Origin: Candidatus Krumholzibacteriota bacterium
GTDB taxonomy: Bacteria > Krumholzibacteriota > Krumholzibacteriia > Krumholzibacteriales > Krumholzibacteriaceae
Direction: 5' to 3'
Assembly: GCA_016933255.1 (NCBI GenBank)
Contig: JAFGBF010000015.1
Location: forward strand, 79,725 to 143,724
DNA length: 64,000 nt
The position numbers and the translations under genes are program-made. Below the pieces are notes generated by a model. The model had not been told where the DNA came from, searched no databases, and saw only the letters and a list, made by a program, of their open reading frames with translations. Positions within the stretch are counted from its first letter, which is position 1, and each line of letters opens with the position of its first letter. Positions 40,363 to 50,900 of the stretch are shown here, one piece after another.

Positions 40363-41223
40363 CTAGAGGAAACTGTATGAAAGGCCGAGAGCGACAGACT
40401 GGTAGATCTGACGCCTCTTGGATATGTCTCTGTCATAAAATATCCTGAAATTAAAATTCACGTTCAGGTATTTGGAGATCTTCGTCGTAAAGACGTTATC
40501 CCAGTTGAGATCGGTCTCATTGAAAGCTTCAAGCGTGGAAAAAAGCTCCAGTTTTGAAGTGAACAATGAATTTTCAGAGATCTTCCAGTTAACATCCGTC
40601 ACCAACTCGGCGCCGATCTCGTTTTTCGTCTTTTCGATGCCGTCAGTATCGGGATCATCCGCGTAAGGCACGGGGTAATCGCTGGTAATAGTCTGTTTCA
40701 TCGCGGCACCGAGCCTGGTCGCCACAATATCGTTCGGCTTATATCCCAGGCCTACGCTTTCCCTGAAATACCCCGGGTCCATAAATGCCGAGATCTGTGT
40801 CTTAGGTTCGGTATCATAGTTATAACCTGCCGCAAACTGGGTCTCGCCGTTAACGGCGGCGTAAGGATTGACGTGGAGATTCAGCTTGTATGTAAATACG
40901 CTCTCGAGTTTTATCTCGTCTATCGATTTGCGTTGATCCTCATCTCCGGTCTTCGTCGACCCGTATCCGAACTTGCCGGAGTTCGCCCAGTTGGTCTTTT
41001 CCTGGTCGTTAACGAATTTGAAGTTAAGAAAAAATTGCCAGGCCAGCGAATTTTCACCGCCCTGCGCCCAATTATCAAAACTCGTCTGCGTCAGATTGGC
41101 CCCGCCGACCATCTCTTTTTGCCAGCCGTATTCCGGCTCCTTCGCGGATTCTTCCTGAGCAGAGAGACAACTGCTCAAAAAACCCAGAATTAGAAACGCA
41201 AGTACAACAATTCTCAGCTTCAT
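40363..41223 (-). CDS. DUF3078 family outer-membrane beta-barrel protein
   Basis: Signal peptide; Q..FDNW..GGE, W.N....YG, PGY...S.G, alternating beta pattern, aromatic C-terminus. Confidence 0.82.
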   Translation of the reverse strand: MKLRIVVLAFLILGFLSSCLSAQEESAKEPEYGWQKEMVGGANLTQTSFDNWAQGGENSLAWQFFLNFKFVNDQEKTNWANSGKFGYGSTKTGDEDQRKSIDEIKLESVFTYKLNLHVNPYAAVNGETQFAAGYNYDTEPKTQISAFMDPGYFRESVGLGYKPNDIVATRLGAAMKQTITSDYPVPYADDPDTDGIEKTKNEIGAELVTDVNWKISENSLFTSKLELFSTLEAFNETDLNWDNVFTTKISKYLNVNFNFRIFYDRDISKRRQIYQSVALGLSYSFL

Positions 41224-41290
41224 CCGATGCTCCTTACTACTTGAAAGTACAAAAAACTACAAAACGATTCCTTGCCCTGCGAAGGGCGGT

Positions 41291-42112
41291 TTAAGCCTCA
41301 TGCTTGTACAAATGCACGTCCTGCTGCGGGAACGGAATAGATATCCCTGCCTTGTCAAATTCCAGTTTCACCTTTTCGTGAATATCGAAATACAATCCCC
41401 AATAATCAGCACTGCCGCACCAGGGGCGAACGACGAAATTGACCGAGCTGTCACCCAATTCGGAAACTGCGACCGTAGGCGCGGGATCGTCCAGCACCCG
41501 GCTGTCGCCTTTTAGGATCGCTTCCAGCGTTTCCTTTGCCTTTTTGATGTTGTCTGAATATGCGATACCGAAGGTCATATCGATGCGCCGGATCGATTCA
41601 GTTGAGAAGTTTGTAATACTTCCGTTTGATAATGCCCCGTTGGGAATTATGATCGTCTTGTTGTCCGGTGTCTTCATGATCGTATTGAAAATCTGAATCT
41701 CCTTAATTGTTCCTGTATGACCGCCTGCATCGACAAAATCACCGACTTTATAAGGCTTGAACAGCAATATCAATACCCCTCCGGCAAAGTTTGCAAGGCT
41801 GCCCTGCAGCGCAAGGCCGACAGCCAGTCCGGCAGCGCCCAGGATCGCGATAAACGAAGTCATCTGGATGCCTATCATCGAGGCGACGCTTATCACGAGC
41901 ATTACCTTGAGAATGATCCTGATCAGGCTCAACAAAAAGCTTCGCAAAGACAGATCGATCTTGCTCCGCTCCATCCCCTTGGAGAATGTCTTGCCTAATA
42001 ATCTGATGATCCAGAGACCTATTACCAGGGTCACCATGGCCATCAGTAATTTCGGGCCATAGCTCATCAAAAGCTCCATAGCTTTGTCCGAGTAAGTCTG
42101 CAAACCTTCCAT
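41291..42112 (-). CDS. mscS: Small-conductance mechanosensitive channel
   Basis: GAAGLAVGLALQGSLANFAGG, KPYKVGD, IPN, IPFPQ.DVH. Confidence 0.95.
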   Translation of the reverse strand: MEGLQTYSDKAMELLMSYGPKLLMAMVTLVIGLWIIRLLGKTFSKGMERSKIDLSLRSFLLSLIRIILKVMLVISVASMIGIQMTSFIAILGAAGLAVGLALQGSLANFAGGVLILLFKPYKVGDFVDAGGHTGTIKEIQIFNTIMKTPDNKTIIIPNGALSNGSITNFSTESIRRIDMTFGIAYSDNIKKAKETLEAILKGDSRVLDDPAPTVAVSELGDSSVNFVVRPWCGSADYWGLYFDIHEKVKLEFDKAGISIPFPQQDVHLYKHEA

Positions 42113-42242
42113 GCGAGAAACCTCCGTGCCTGAAATGAAGTGAGTCTTCTTAAGAAACGCCGATTTAACCGCTCTCGGGTCAAGAAATCACAAACGATTA
42201 TTATACGCAAGTCATTTTTAGGGTGTTACGATCGAGGTCCGA

Positions 42243-44603
42243 TCATCTAAGAAGGACGGCCTTGCGGCTTATCGTTTTTCCGCCGGCCTTGAGCCTATAG
42301 AAATATACTCCGCTCGAAAGATTTTCCGGGGTCCACCTCACAGTATGTTCCCCGGCGTCAAGATCATCGCAACGGAGGCATTCCACTTCCCTTCCAGCGG
42401 CGTCATAGACGCGAAGGTCGACCCGGCAACTATTTTTCAGGAAAAAGCAGATCTCCGTTCCCGGGTTGAAAGGGTTGGGGTAGTTCTGATAAAGGGCGGT
42501 TACGGCGGGGATATCCCCGGAATCAACGGTAAGGGTATCTCTGTAGAACTGCCGGTTATGGGCTGTAACTGTGATTATAAGCGAGTCGACTTCGTCCGTA
42601 ACGGGTACCGACAATGGTAGTGACAGACTTCCTCCGGGCCCGGCGATTCCCCTGCCGTAACAGATGCCGTTCCAGTACAACGCGCCGAGGCTTCCCTCTT
42701 CTTCTGTTTCTACCGGGAAAGAGACCGTACTCCTCTCGATACTGGCGTTGTGGGCCACCACCATCTGGGAAGGGGTATCGGTCCAGCCGTCCATCGCAGG
42801 GTCTCCGAGCAGATTAAGGCAGTAGAAGCACCACCTGTGGGCCCCCGATTCATATTCATCCGGGAGATCGACGAACGCGGCTGTCTCGTCTTTTGAGCGC
42901 TGGTTGGCAGATCCGAGGTCCGTATATCCTTCCGTGAAGACTGCGTCGAAAAACTCTCGCTGGAAGTGATGGGATGGGCCGTTTGTCGATCCTTCCGTGA
43001 ACCATCCGTAGCGGGAGTTGCCGACAAAGGCGGAAGCGAATCTGTTTATGCCAAGGAACTTTTCCGCTATACAGTCTAAATCGAATGCCCCTGCGTAACA
43101 ACCGTATGTATTTACGATAGGGAATTTCGCCGTTATCCCGTCATTCGTAAAGTTGGTCTCGTTGACATCGCTTATCGACAACCTCATCACTGAATTTGTG
43201 TTGGAATGACCTGCATGGCATATCCAGTTTGTTCCGGCGTTGACCTCTGCGTAGACGTCAGATTTGTACCAGTATTCGAGCTCCCTGTCATAATATTTCG
43301 TGATATTGAAATCCGGCGGGAACCCTGTCGTTGAGAATCCATATGCCGTACAGGTGCCGACCAGCTGATCCATTTCGTCTCCGCCATATGTCAATGGATC
43401 GCTGAACATCTCTTCACCGAGCAGGAGAAGATTTCTTGACTGTCCCGTTACGGGAGACTCCTGATAGCTGGCAGTCTTGTAAATGAATGTCGCCGCCTCC
43501 TCCTGTGAATCGACCGGTGCTCTGCCTATCGAGATATCGGAGAAGAGGTCTTCCTCTCCAGCTTCACCCCATTCATCGTCGGAATCCGTGTTCCAGTCTC
43601 CGTCAAGGGCGGCATAGTAGATATCCGCCGGGATGTCGGGATCATAATAGACCGACGATGAATAGACCGAGCAGGACAACCCTCTGTACGGGACAGTCGC
43701 GGGAGCTCCCGGATTCCCGTCTCCGGCAAGCAGGACGTGGGTTATTCCGCTGGCGGCGTATTCTTCTATGATCGCGTTACGGATCCTTTCCTGTGTGTCA
43801 TTTCCCGGAAAAGCACCGATAATATATTCGACTGTCATGATCTCCGAGCGCATTCCCCTTCTTGTATAGAACTCCTTCAGAGGAATAAAATCATTTTCCA
43901 GTATCGCCTTTGTTATTATCAGATATTCGTATTCATCACCCGCTGGCAGTATCGGCCCACTTATTCTGTCATAAAAAGCCTCCGCGGAAGGATTGTCGAT
44001 CAGACCTTCCAGATATTTTATTGTGGGAGCATCGGAACGCAGTAAAGACAACGCTTCAGAACTTTTTTCGGAAGGGATAGTCTCTACGATCACTTCTACT
44101 TCGCTGTAATATCCGACCCGGTTTGCCGAAGGGAGAAACCCGGCGGGAGTGAAAGACCCCGTTACGATAGGGTGCCCGCGGTAGTAGTGCGTCCTCGGTC
44201 CCGAGGATGGCGGGTGGATCCATTCTGCCGATGAATATGCGGTCTCGTTGTAGAGAAAAGCGCTTTCCGAACCTTCCGCCTCTATCCCGGGGAGAGGGTG
44301 CTGTCTCGGGCGCAGGATAATCTCTTTATCGATATCTTTCCATCCCCGGCGGTTGAACGATATAGCCGACGCGGCTTCTCCGGGAGGAAGAAGGATCCTT
44401 ATCCCCCGAAATGGAAAACTCGGACCGCCTGCTTTTCCCGCCTGAATCGTTGAAGGGAAGAAGAGGAGGGAAAAACCATCCTGAGAAGTCTCGATCCGCG
44501 GTTCGCTGAAACGATAGGTTACAGAGACCTGCCGTGCTTTGGTTGAAAAAGGAAAAGAGGCGATAAGCAGAGCCGAAGCTGCTACAAGCGGCAATCTCTT
44601 CAT
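42243..44603 (-). CDS. C25 (gingipain-like) cysteine peptidase with propeptide and T9SS/FlgD-type C-terminal domain
   Basis: Signal peptide; YLIIT, VLLAGD, D.YY..LDG, IGR, GH and GC catalytic dyad, LLGDP; C-terminal LYQNYPNPFNP...LSSGVYFYRL....K..LLR. Confidence 0.88.
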   Translation of the reverse strand: MKRLPLVAASALLIASFPFSTKARQVSVTYRFSEPRIETSQDGFSLLFFPSTIQAGKAGGPSFPFRGIRILLPPGEAASAISFNRRGWKDIDKEIILRPRQHPLPGIEAEGSESAFLYNETAYSSAEWIHPPSSGPRTHYYRGHPIVTGSFTPAGFLPSANRVGYYSEVEVIVETIPSEKSSEALSLLRSDAPTIKYLEGLIDNPSAEAFYDRISGPILPAGDEYEYLIITKAILENDFIPLKEFYTRRGMRSEIMTVEYIIGAFPGNDTQERIRNAIIEEYAASGITHVLLAGDGNPGAPATVPYRGLSCSVYSSSVYYDPDIPADIYYAALDGDWNTDSDDEWGEAGEEDLFSDISIGRAPVDSQEEAATFIYKTASYQESPVTGQSRNLLLLGEEMFSDPLTYGGDEMDQLVGTCTAYGFSTTGFPPDFNITKYYDRELEYWYKSDVYAEVNAGTNWICHAGHSNTNSVMRLSISDVNETNFTNDGITAKFPIVNTYGCYAGAFDLDCIAEKFLGINRFASAFVGNSRYGWFTEGSTNGPSHHFQREFFDAVFTEGYTDLGSANQRSKDETAAFVDLPDEYESGAHRWCFYCLNLLGDPAMDGWTDTPSQMVVAHNASIERSTVSFPVETEEEGSLGALYWNGICYGRGIAGPGGSLSLPLSVPVTDEVDSLIITVTAHNRQFYRDTLTVDSGDIPAVTALYQNYPNPFNPGTEICFFLKNSCRVDLRVYDAAGREVECLRCDDLDAGEHTVRWTPENLSSGVYFYRLKAGGKTISRKAVLLR

Positions 44604-44877
44604 TGCTCCCTTTCTGTCATGATCCGGAATATAGTCTCAGCAAGGGGAGTATAACAAATTTTATCCCCGTTCGGGGAAAAAGATTTTTTCCGTTAATTCT
44701 TCTGATGAATAGGGGGGATGAGGCGAAACATCGATGACTTGTCATGAAAAAAGATAGAATGCCCTAATTGATTTCGGTTATTATCTGCAGGTTGTATAAA
44801 AACGATGCGGCTTCAAGGCGGTCCTGATCTTTGCGGGCGTTCCGGCCCGCAGCCGAGGGCTGACAGGAAGGAAGATC

Positions 44878-46248
44878 ATGAAATCGATAATTAGTGATGT
44901 GCGCAAGAGGGATCCGGCAAAGAGTGCTGCGGTAAAGGTGATCCTCCTGGTGTCTGCGGCATTGTGTGTTTACGGTCCCCTTGCCGGAAGTTCCATTGCT
45001 GGTGAAACGGACACCTTTAAGTGGGGTTTCGATGAAAGGATAAGACAGACATATATCGAAAACGGATTCGACCTGTGGGATGATGCTTCCGATGACTGGA
45101 ATTTCATAAGGGTCCGAACGCGGCTTTGGTGTCAGTGGAAGCCTGCGGGCGGCGTGATCCTTGATGCGGGCCTGAACAATGAGCACAGGCACTGGTTCAA
45201 GTCGACAAGAGGATACGAGGATGACGACTTCGAGATCAACGAGCTGGTATTCGAAAAACTGTGTCTTTCTATCAACGATATCCTCGGGTATCCGGTCAGT
45301 ATCATAGCGGGGCGTCAGAATATAATGTACGGCGAGGGGTTTCTGTTTATGGACGGAGGGCCCCTGGATGGTTCCCGCACAGGGTATTTCAACGCTGTGA
45401 GGATGAGGGTGGAGAAGGATAAGAGATCTTTTGAACTCCATCTGCTCTCGGACCCTTCATGGGACAAGTATCTTCCGACGCTGAACTGCCAGAGGCAGCC
45501 GCTTATCGAATACGACGAGACGGGAGCCGGGATCTACTATACCGATCAGTCCCTGGAAAAACATAAGATCGAAGGATACTACTTCTACAAAAATGAAAAA
45601 GATGAAGACGGCCTGGTCCCGGAAAGTGACATCCATACGATAGGAGGCAGGCTGAGCGGTAAAACCGGCGGCTGTTTCAGCTATGCTTCCGAGTGGGCTT
45701 TTCAGCTGGGAGGGTACGGTAATGCCGATAGAAAGGGGTTCGGGGGATATCTTCACGGTACGTTTCTCTCGGATTCCAGGATGAACCCGTCTCTTACAGT
45801 GGGAGTCATATATCTTTCCGGAGACGATCCGGAGACGGAAGATTATGAAGGATGGGACCCCCTTTACAGCCGCTGGCCGAAATGGAGCGAATTATATATC
45901 TACACCCTTGCCACCACTGGAAAGGGTGTCGCATACTGGGAAAACCTCTTCGCTCCGAATATAAAGCTGACTCTAAAACCGCTGGAGGATATGACCGCCG
46001 AAGCCTCTTTATACTATATGAACTCACCCGAAGATCCTCCAGCTGACGGCCGGGATCTTCCGGGTCTGGGACCTGTCTTCGGCGAAGGAAGGGTGCGGGG
46101 TTTTCTTTCGGCTGTAAAGATCAGTTACAAGATGAACAAAAACATCTCAGGCCATCTTCTCTGGGAAAGATTCGATCCTGGAGATTATTATAACGAGGGG
46201 ACTGATACGGCAAATTTCCTCAGGTGGGAACTCTTCTACAATTTCTAG
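44878..46248 (+). CDS. Alginate-export-family outer-membrane porin
   Basis: Signal peptide, ERIR, R.RTRL, GRQNI.YGEG, YLSGDD...WDPLY, ends in F. Confidence 0.75.
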   Translation: MKSIISDVRKRDPAKSAAVKVILLVSAALCVYGPLAGSSIAGETDTFKWGFDERIRQTYIENGFDLWDDASDDWNFIRVRTRLWCQWKPAGGVILDAGLNNEHRHWFKSTRGYEDDDFEINELVFEKLCLSINDILGYPVSIIAGRQNIMYGEGFLFMDGGPLDGSRTGYFNAVRMRVEKDKRSFELHLLSDPSWDKYLPTLNCQRQPLIEYDETGAGIYYTDQSLEKHKIEGYYFYKNEKDEDGLVPESDIHTIGGRLSGKTGGCFSYASEWAFQLGGYGNADRKGFGGYLHGTFLSDSRMNPSLTVGVIYLSGDDPETEDYEGWDPLYSRWPKWSELYIYTLATTGKGVAYWENLFAPNIKLTLKPLEDMTAEASLYYMNSPEDPPADGRDLPGLGPVFGEGRVRGFLSAVKISYKMNKNISGHLLWERFDPGDYYNEGTDTANFLRWELFYNF

Positions 46249-46269
46249 GTAATGAAAGGCTGGTGTGCA

Positions 46270-46410
46270 ATGGGTCCGTTCAACATGCCATGGATGACTT
46301 TTTCGGCATTTATCGTTATCGGCGTAAGTATCGCCGTGTCGATCATATGGGCAATAAACGATATAAAGAAAGATCCTGACAATGACCGGGTCACCGAAAG
46401 GAGGAAATGA
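46270..46410 (+). CDS. Small single-TM protein upstream of symporter (not in ORF track)
   Basis: Own translation MGPFNMPWMTFSAFIVIGVSIAVSIIWAINDIKKDPDNDRVTERRK; fills the porin-symporter gap; in-frame ATG also at 46252. Confidence 0.7.
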   Translation: MGPFNMPWMTFSAFIVIGVSIAVSIIWAINDIKKDPDNDRVTERRK

Positions 46411-46411
46411 T

Positions 46412-47854
46412 TTGAGTCTGATATCATCCTGTATCATAGTACTTGTCCTCTATCTCTCGGTACTGATCGGAATCGGGATCTGGAGCGTAAAAAAAACGAA
46501 GTCTGCGGAAGATTTCATCCTCGGGGGCAGATCGTTCGGCCCCTGGGTGACGGCCCTTTCTTTTATCGCCGTTTATTTCAGCTCGGTACTTATCATCGGC
46601 GGCGGCGCGTTCGGCTTCAAGTTCGGTATGGGGACTATATGGATCGGAGCGATCAACGTTCTTGTCGGATGCACGCTCTGCTGGATCGTTCTCGGAAAAA
46701 GAGTCCGCCTTTTCACCGAGAGGATGGGAGTCAATACGATATCGGGATTTTTCGCCAAGAGGTATCAATCCCCGGCTGCCGGTATCTTCTCAGCCCTGAT
46801 AGTATTCCTTTTTCTGATCATTTATAATGTCAGCGTGGTCAAAGGCATGGCTAATTCGTTCGAAGTCCTGATGGATATGCCTTACTGGGCGGGGGTGATG
46901 ATATCGGGACTCGTGATCGTCTTCTATGTGGCGCTCGGCGGGTACAAGGCGGTAGTCTGGACCGGTCTGATACAGGCATGGGTGATGATATTCAGCCTCC
47001 TGCTTCTTACCTTCAGGACGGTCGGGGCTGTCGGAGGCCTTAGCGCAGGGATGAAAAAACTTGGCGATATCGGCCCCGGATATGTCAATACTCCGGGCGT
47101 CTGGGGCTGGGCCGGGCTTGTAAGCTTCTGTCTTGTGGTAAGTCTCGGTGTCTGGGGAATGCCGCAGCTTCTGATCAGGTTCTATTCGATAAAAGAAAGC
47201 AAGACATTCAGGCTTGGAACGGTGATCGTCACTGTCGGGGCCTCTATTGCCGTCCTTCCTTATCTTAACGGGGCATTCGCCAGGATACTGATTCCGGCAC
47301 TGGACAACCCTGATCTTGCGATCCCCCAGCTTTCAAGGCTCGTACTTTCTCCCTGGGGGGCTGCGATCCTTCTGGCAGGTGTGATTGCGGCCGGGATGTC
47401 GACCTTTGCGGGAGTCCTGATCATCATATCGAGTTCTCTTGTCAGGGATGTCTACCGCAACGGTCTGGGAAAAAAGTTGACGGGGGCCCAGGAGATCATG
47501 GCGAACAGGATTGTCAGCGCCTCGGTCGGGATCATAGCTCTTCTGATAGCTATGAAGCCGCCGGCTCTGATCCTTGTCCTGACCGGTTTTGCGTGGGCTG
47601 TGATAGCTTCGACGAACCTCTGGCCGCTTCTTTTCGGGCTTTACTGGAAGGGAGCCAGCAGAATGGGGGCCTTTGCCTCTATGATCGCCGGTTCGGCTAC
47701 GGCCATAATATGGACCTGGCTCAAAAAGCCTTTCGGCATCCATGGATTCATAGCGGGGACGTCGGTGAGTTTTATTGTGATACTCGTTGTGAGCCTGGTG
47801 AAAAGATGGACACCGCCTCCTCAACTGATAGAGAAGATCTGGGGAGAGGAATAA
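46412..47854 (+). CDS. Sodium:solute symporter (PutP/PanF-like)
   Basis: DFILGGRS.G, GGY.AV.WT..IQ, G.PQ...RFY, AAGMST; TTG 46412 follows AGGAGG. Confidence 0.92.
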   Translation: MSLISSCIIVLVLYLSVLIGIGIWSVKKTKSAEDFILGGRSFGPWVTALSFIAVYFSSVLIIGGGAFGFKFGMGTIWIGAINVLVGCTLCWIVLGKRVRLFTERMGVNTISGFFAKRYQSPAAGIFSALIVFLFLIIYNVSVVKGMANSFEVLMDMPYWAGVMISGLVIVFYVALGGYKAVVWTGLIQAWVMIFSLLLLTFRTVGAVGGLSAGMKKLGDIGPGYVNTPGVWGWAGLVSFCLVVSLGVWGMPQLLIRFYSIKESKTFRLGTVIVTVGASIAVLPYLNGAFARILIPALDNPDLAIPQLSRLVLSPWGAAILLAGVIAAGMSTFAGVLIIISSSLVRDVYRNGLGKKLTGAQEIMANRIVSASVGIIALLIAMKPPALILVLTGFAWAVIASTNLWPLLFGLYWKGASRMGAFASMIAGSATAIIWTWLKKPFGIHGFIAGTSVSFIVILVVSLVKRWTPPPQLIEKIWGEE

Positions 47855-47905
47855 AGATTCCGCCTCCATCCGCTGGATATTATCGGTATGCCTGATGAAA
47901 TTAAT

Positions 47906-47933
47906 AAAAGGCCCCTCCATCTGGAGGGGCCTT
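47906..47933. terminator. Terminator between convergent symporter and tricorn genes
   Basis: AAGGCCCCTCCA-TC-TGGAGGGGCCTT perfect stem; T run on the minus strand. Confidence 0.8.
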
Positions 47934-47994
47934 GTCTGAGTATCCGCTGCTGCTCGGCACGGAACTCGATGACAGCGATCTTCGATCCTGCTGC

Positions 47995-50900
47995 CTAACT
48001 CTTATCCGGATCCTTTCCGACTTTGGGAAGCCTGGGAGGATCATTCTTGATCTTTTCCATCAGGTATTCGATAGCCTTCTCCAGCTGCGGATCACGGCCG
48101 TCGACTACAAGGTCCGGACGGTTATCGACTTTGATGTCAGGTTTCACGCCTACCCTTTCCACATCATATTCGCCGCCGAGGTTTATGAACCCTATCGAAG
48201 GCGTCGAAAAGAACCCTCCGTCCATCAGGGGGATATTCCTGTTATATCCGACAAGCCCCCCCCATGTAGTCATCCCGATAAGGGGACCGAGCCCGGCCTG
48301 TTTGAAATAATAGGGGAAGGCGTCTCCGCCGGAACCCGCGTATCCGTTTATCACGCACGCCAGGTGCCCGTTGACTGCTATCCCAGGGGTCTTGCCCGGC
48401 TTATAGTCGCGTCTTTTGAACAGATTCGTCAGTTTCGTTCCCAATTTGTCGATAAAATAGTTCGGGATCCATCCGCCGCTGTTGTAGCGGACATCGACAA
48501 TTATCCCTTCCATATCGGTCTGGGGGTAGAAATATTTTCCGAACTCCATCAGACCCTGAACGGTGGTGTTCGGAACATGGAGATACCCGATCTTGCCGCC
48601 GCTTGCTTTGAGGACCTTCTGCCGATTGTTCTCTACCCAATCGGCGTATCGAACGTTCGTGTCGTTTGTCGCCGGTTCGACGGTTACTTCCCTGGCATCT
48701 TTACCTGACGGGTCGGCGCTGACCTTCAGTTTGACCTGATGGCCGGCCAGGTTTTCAAGCAGAGCATGCGGATTGCCTGGATTGACAAGATCATGTCCGT
48801 TTATCGATAGCAGGTATTCACCCTCCTTGACATCTACTCCCGGGAGCGAAAGGGGAGAAACGAAATTCTTATCCCAGTTTCTTCCGTCATATATCTTGCT
48901 GATCCTGTACCTTTCGCTTCCCTTATCTACTTCGAAATCACATCCCAGGTAGCCTCCGCCCACGAAGGGGGGGGGCGGGCCTGAACGGGCTCCGCCGAAA
49001 ACATAGGCGTGGCCGACATTCAGCTCTGCCTGCATCTCCCCGATTATATACGTAAGATCGTTCCTGCTGGTCAGATAAGGAAGGAAGACTTCGTAACGTT
49101 TTTTGATCTTGTTCCAGTCGACGCCATGCATATTCTCGACATAAAAGAAATCTCTTTCCAGCCTCCACGCTTCGTAGAAGATCTGGTTCCATTCGGCCTG
49201 TGGGTCGACCTTCATCGTCAGGTTCGTGCTGATGCTGCCGTCTCCGACATTTTTGCCGGCCGCAACGTCGATGATCCCATAGACGCCAAGTGCGCTGTAG
49301 ATTATCTTCGAACCGTTAGAGGAGAGGGCATAGCTCTGTATTCCGCTGATGATCGTCTTCGATTCGCGTTCTTTGATATCGAAGTATTTTAGCGTCCCTG
49401 TGACAGGCCCGACGTCGTCGAACGAGATTACTCCGGCCCTGAGTGGAAGTTCGCCGTATATGATTTTGCCCGAAACGGCATTGAGCCCGCCATAATTTCC
49501 CGATCCTATCGGGAGGGAGACGATCCTGTCACCCAGGCCATCCAGATCGATCTTGATCTTTTCGTCTTTCTTCTCAGCTTCGTCTTTCTTTTCGTCCTTA
49601 TCCTTTTCCTCTTTTTCCTTGTCCGCTTTATCTCCCTCTTTGTCTTCTTCCTTTATCTCGACCTCGTCACTTTCCGGAGCGAGAAGGGACGCGGTGTCCT
49701 TGGCGAGGGTAAGAACGCAGATATTGGTCGGAGTGACATAATCGAAGTCGAGTTCGAAGGTGTGAAACTTGATATTGATCGTCCTGTCGGAAAGAAAAAA
49801 CAAATATTTCCCGTCAGGACCGAAAACGGGCGAATAATCGTTATAGAGATCGCTTGTCACCCTGTGATTCTTATCTTCACCGACATCGTAAAGAAAGATC
49901 GACCTGAACCCGTTATCGGCATTCTTCGCATAGACGATCCATTTGCTGTCGGATGACCAGTTATAGTCTCCAAGATCCCACCATTCGTCGCGGTCGACCT
50001 TGACTATCTTCTTCGAATCTATTCCCACATAGTAAAGGTGTCCGGTCTGATCGAAGAAAGAGACATTCTTGCTGTCGGGGGACCATTCGATATCGAATGG
50101 AAATCCACCCATGCCTGTGGTGATCTTCTCTTCTTCCCCTGAGCCGTCCGGTTTCCTCAGGTAAAGCTCGTATTCACCAGTCCTGTCAGAGAGGTAAGCA
50201 ACCCAATTTCCATCCGGAGAAAAAGCGGGGCTGCGTTCGCGAATCCCTGGAGTCTCAGTCAGGTTGCGAACCTCTCCTTTTTCCGCGGGCACGGAAAAGA
50301 TATCGCCTCTTGCGCCGAAGACAGCCCGCTTGCCTCCGGCAGATACGTTGAACGAACGGATCATGTCTCCAGCGCTGGTGTACGAGTGCCGTTTAAGGTT
50401 ATGCTCGGAGCGTGCGATTATATCGAGTTTTTTCGTTTTTTCAGTATTCAGATCGAGAACGTAGAGATAGCCGGCGTTCTCATAGACGATCCGGCCGTCT
50501 CCGAGGCTCGGCCATTTGACATCGTATTCCTTGTGATCCGTTATCTTCCTGACCTTCTTTGTCGCGAGGTCATAGCAGAAGATATTCATCGTGTAGTCGC
50601 GATCGGAGATAAAATATATCTTGTCCTTATACCACATAGGAAAGGCGTCGGTCCCGTCGTATTCCGTGATCTTTTCGGCGGCGTTCTTATCGAAGTCATA
50701 AATCCAGACGTTCTGTTCCATACCGCCGCGGTAACGTTTCCATGTCCGGAATTCCCTGGATATCCGGTTGTAGGCTATCTTTTTTCCGTCTGGAGAATAT
50801 GAAGTGAGTTCTCCCTCAAAGAGAGGCAGTTCTTCAGGATACCCTCCTTCGACATCGATAGTGTAAAGCCTGTTGTAACGCGGCCCGGGGTTGGTTTTCG

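Noticed and set aside
49555..49670. Repetitive pyrimidine-rich tract
   Set aside because: Encodes the Lys/Glu/Asp-rich linker common in bacterial tricorn proteases
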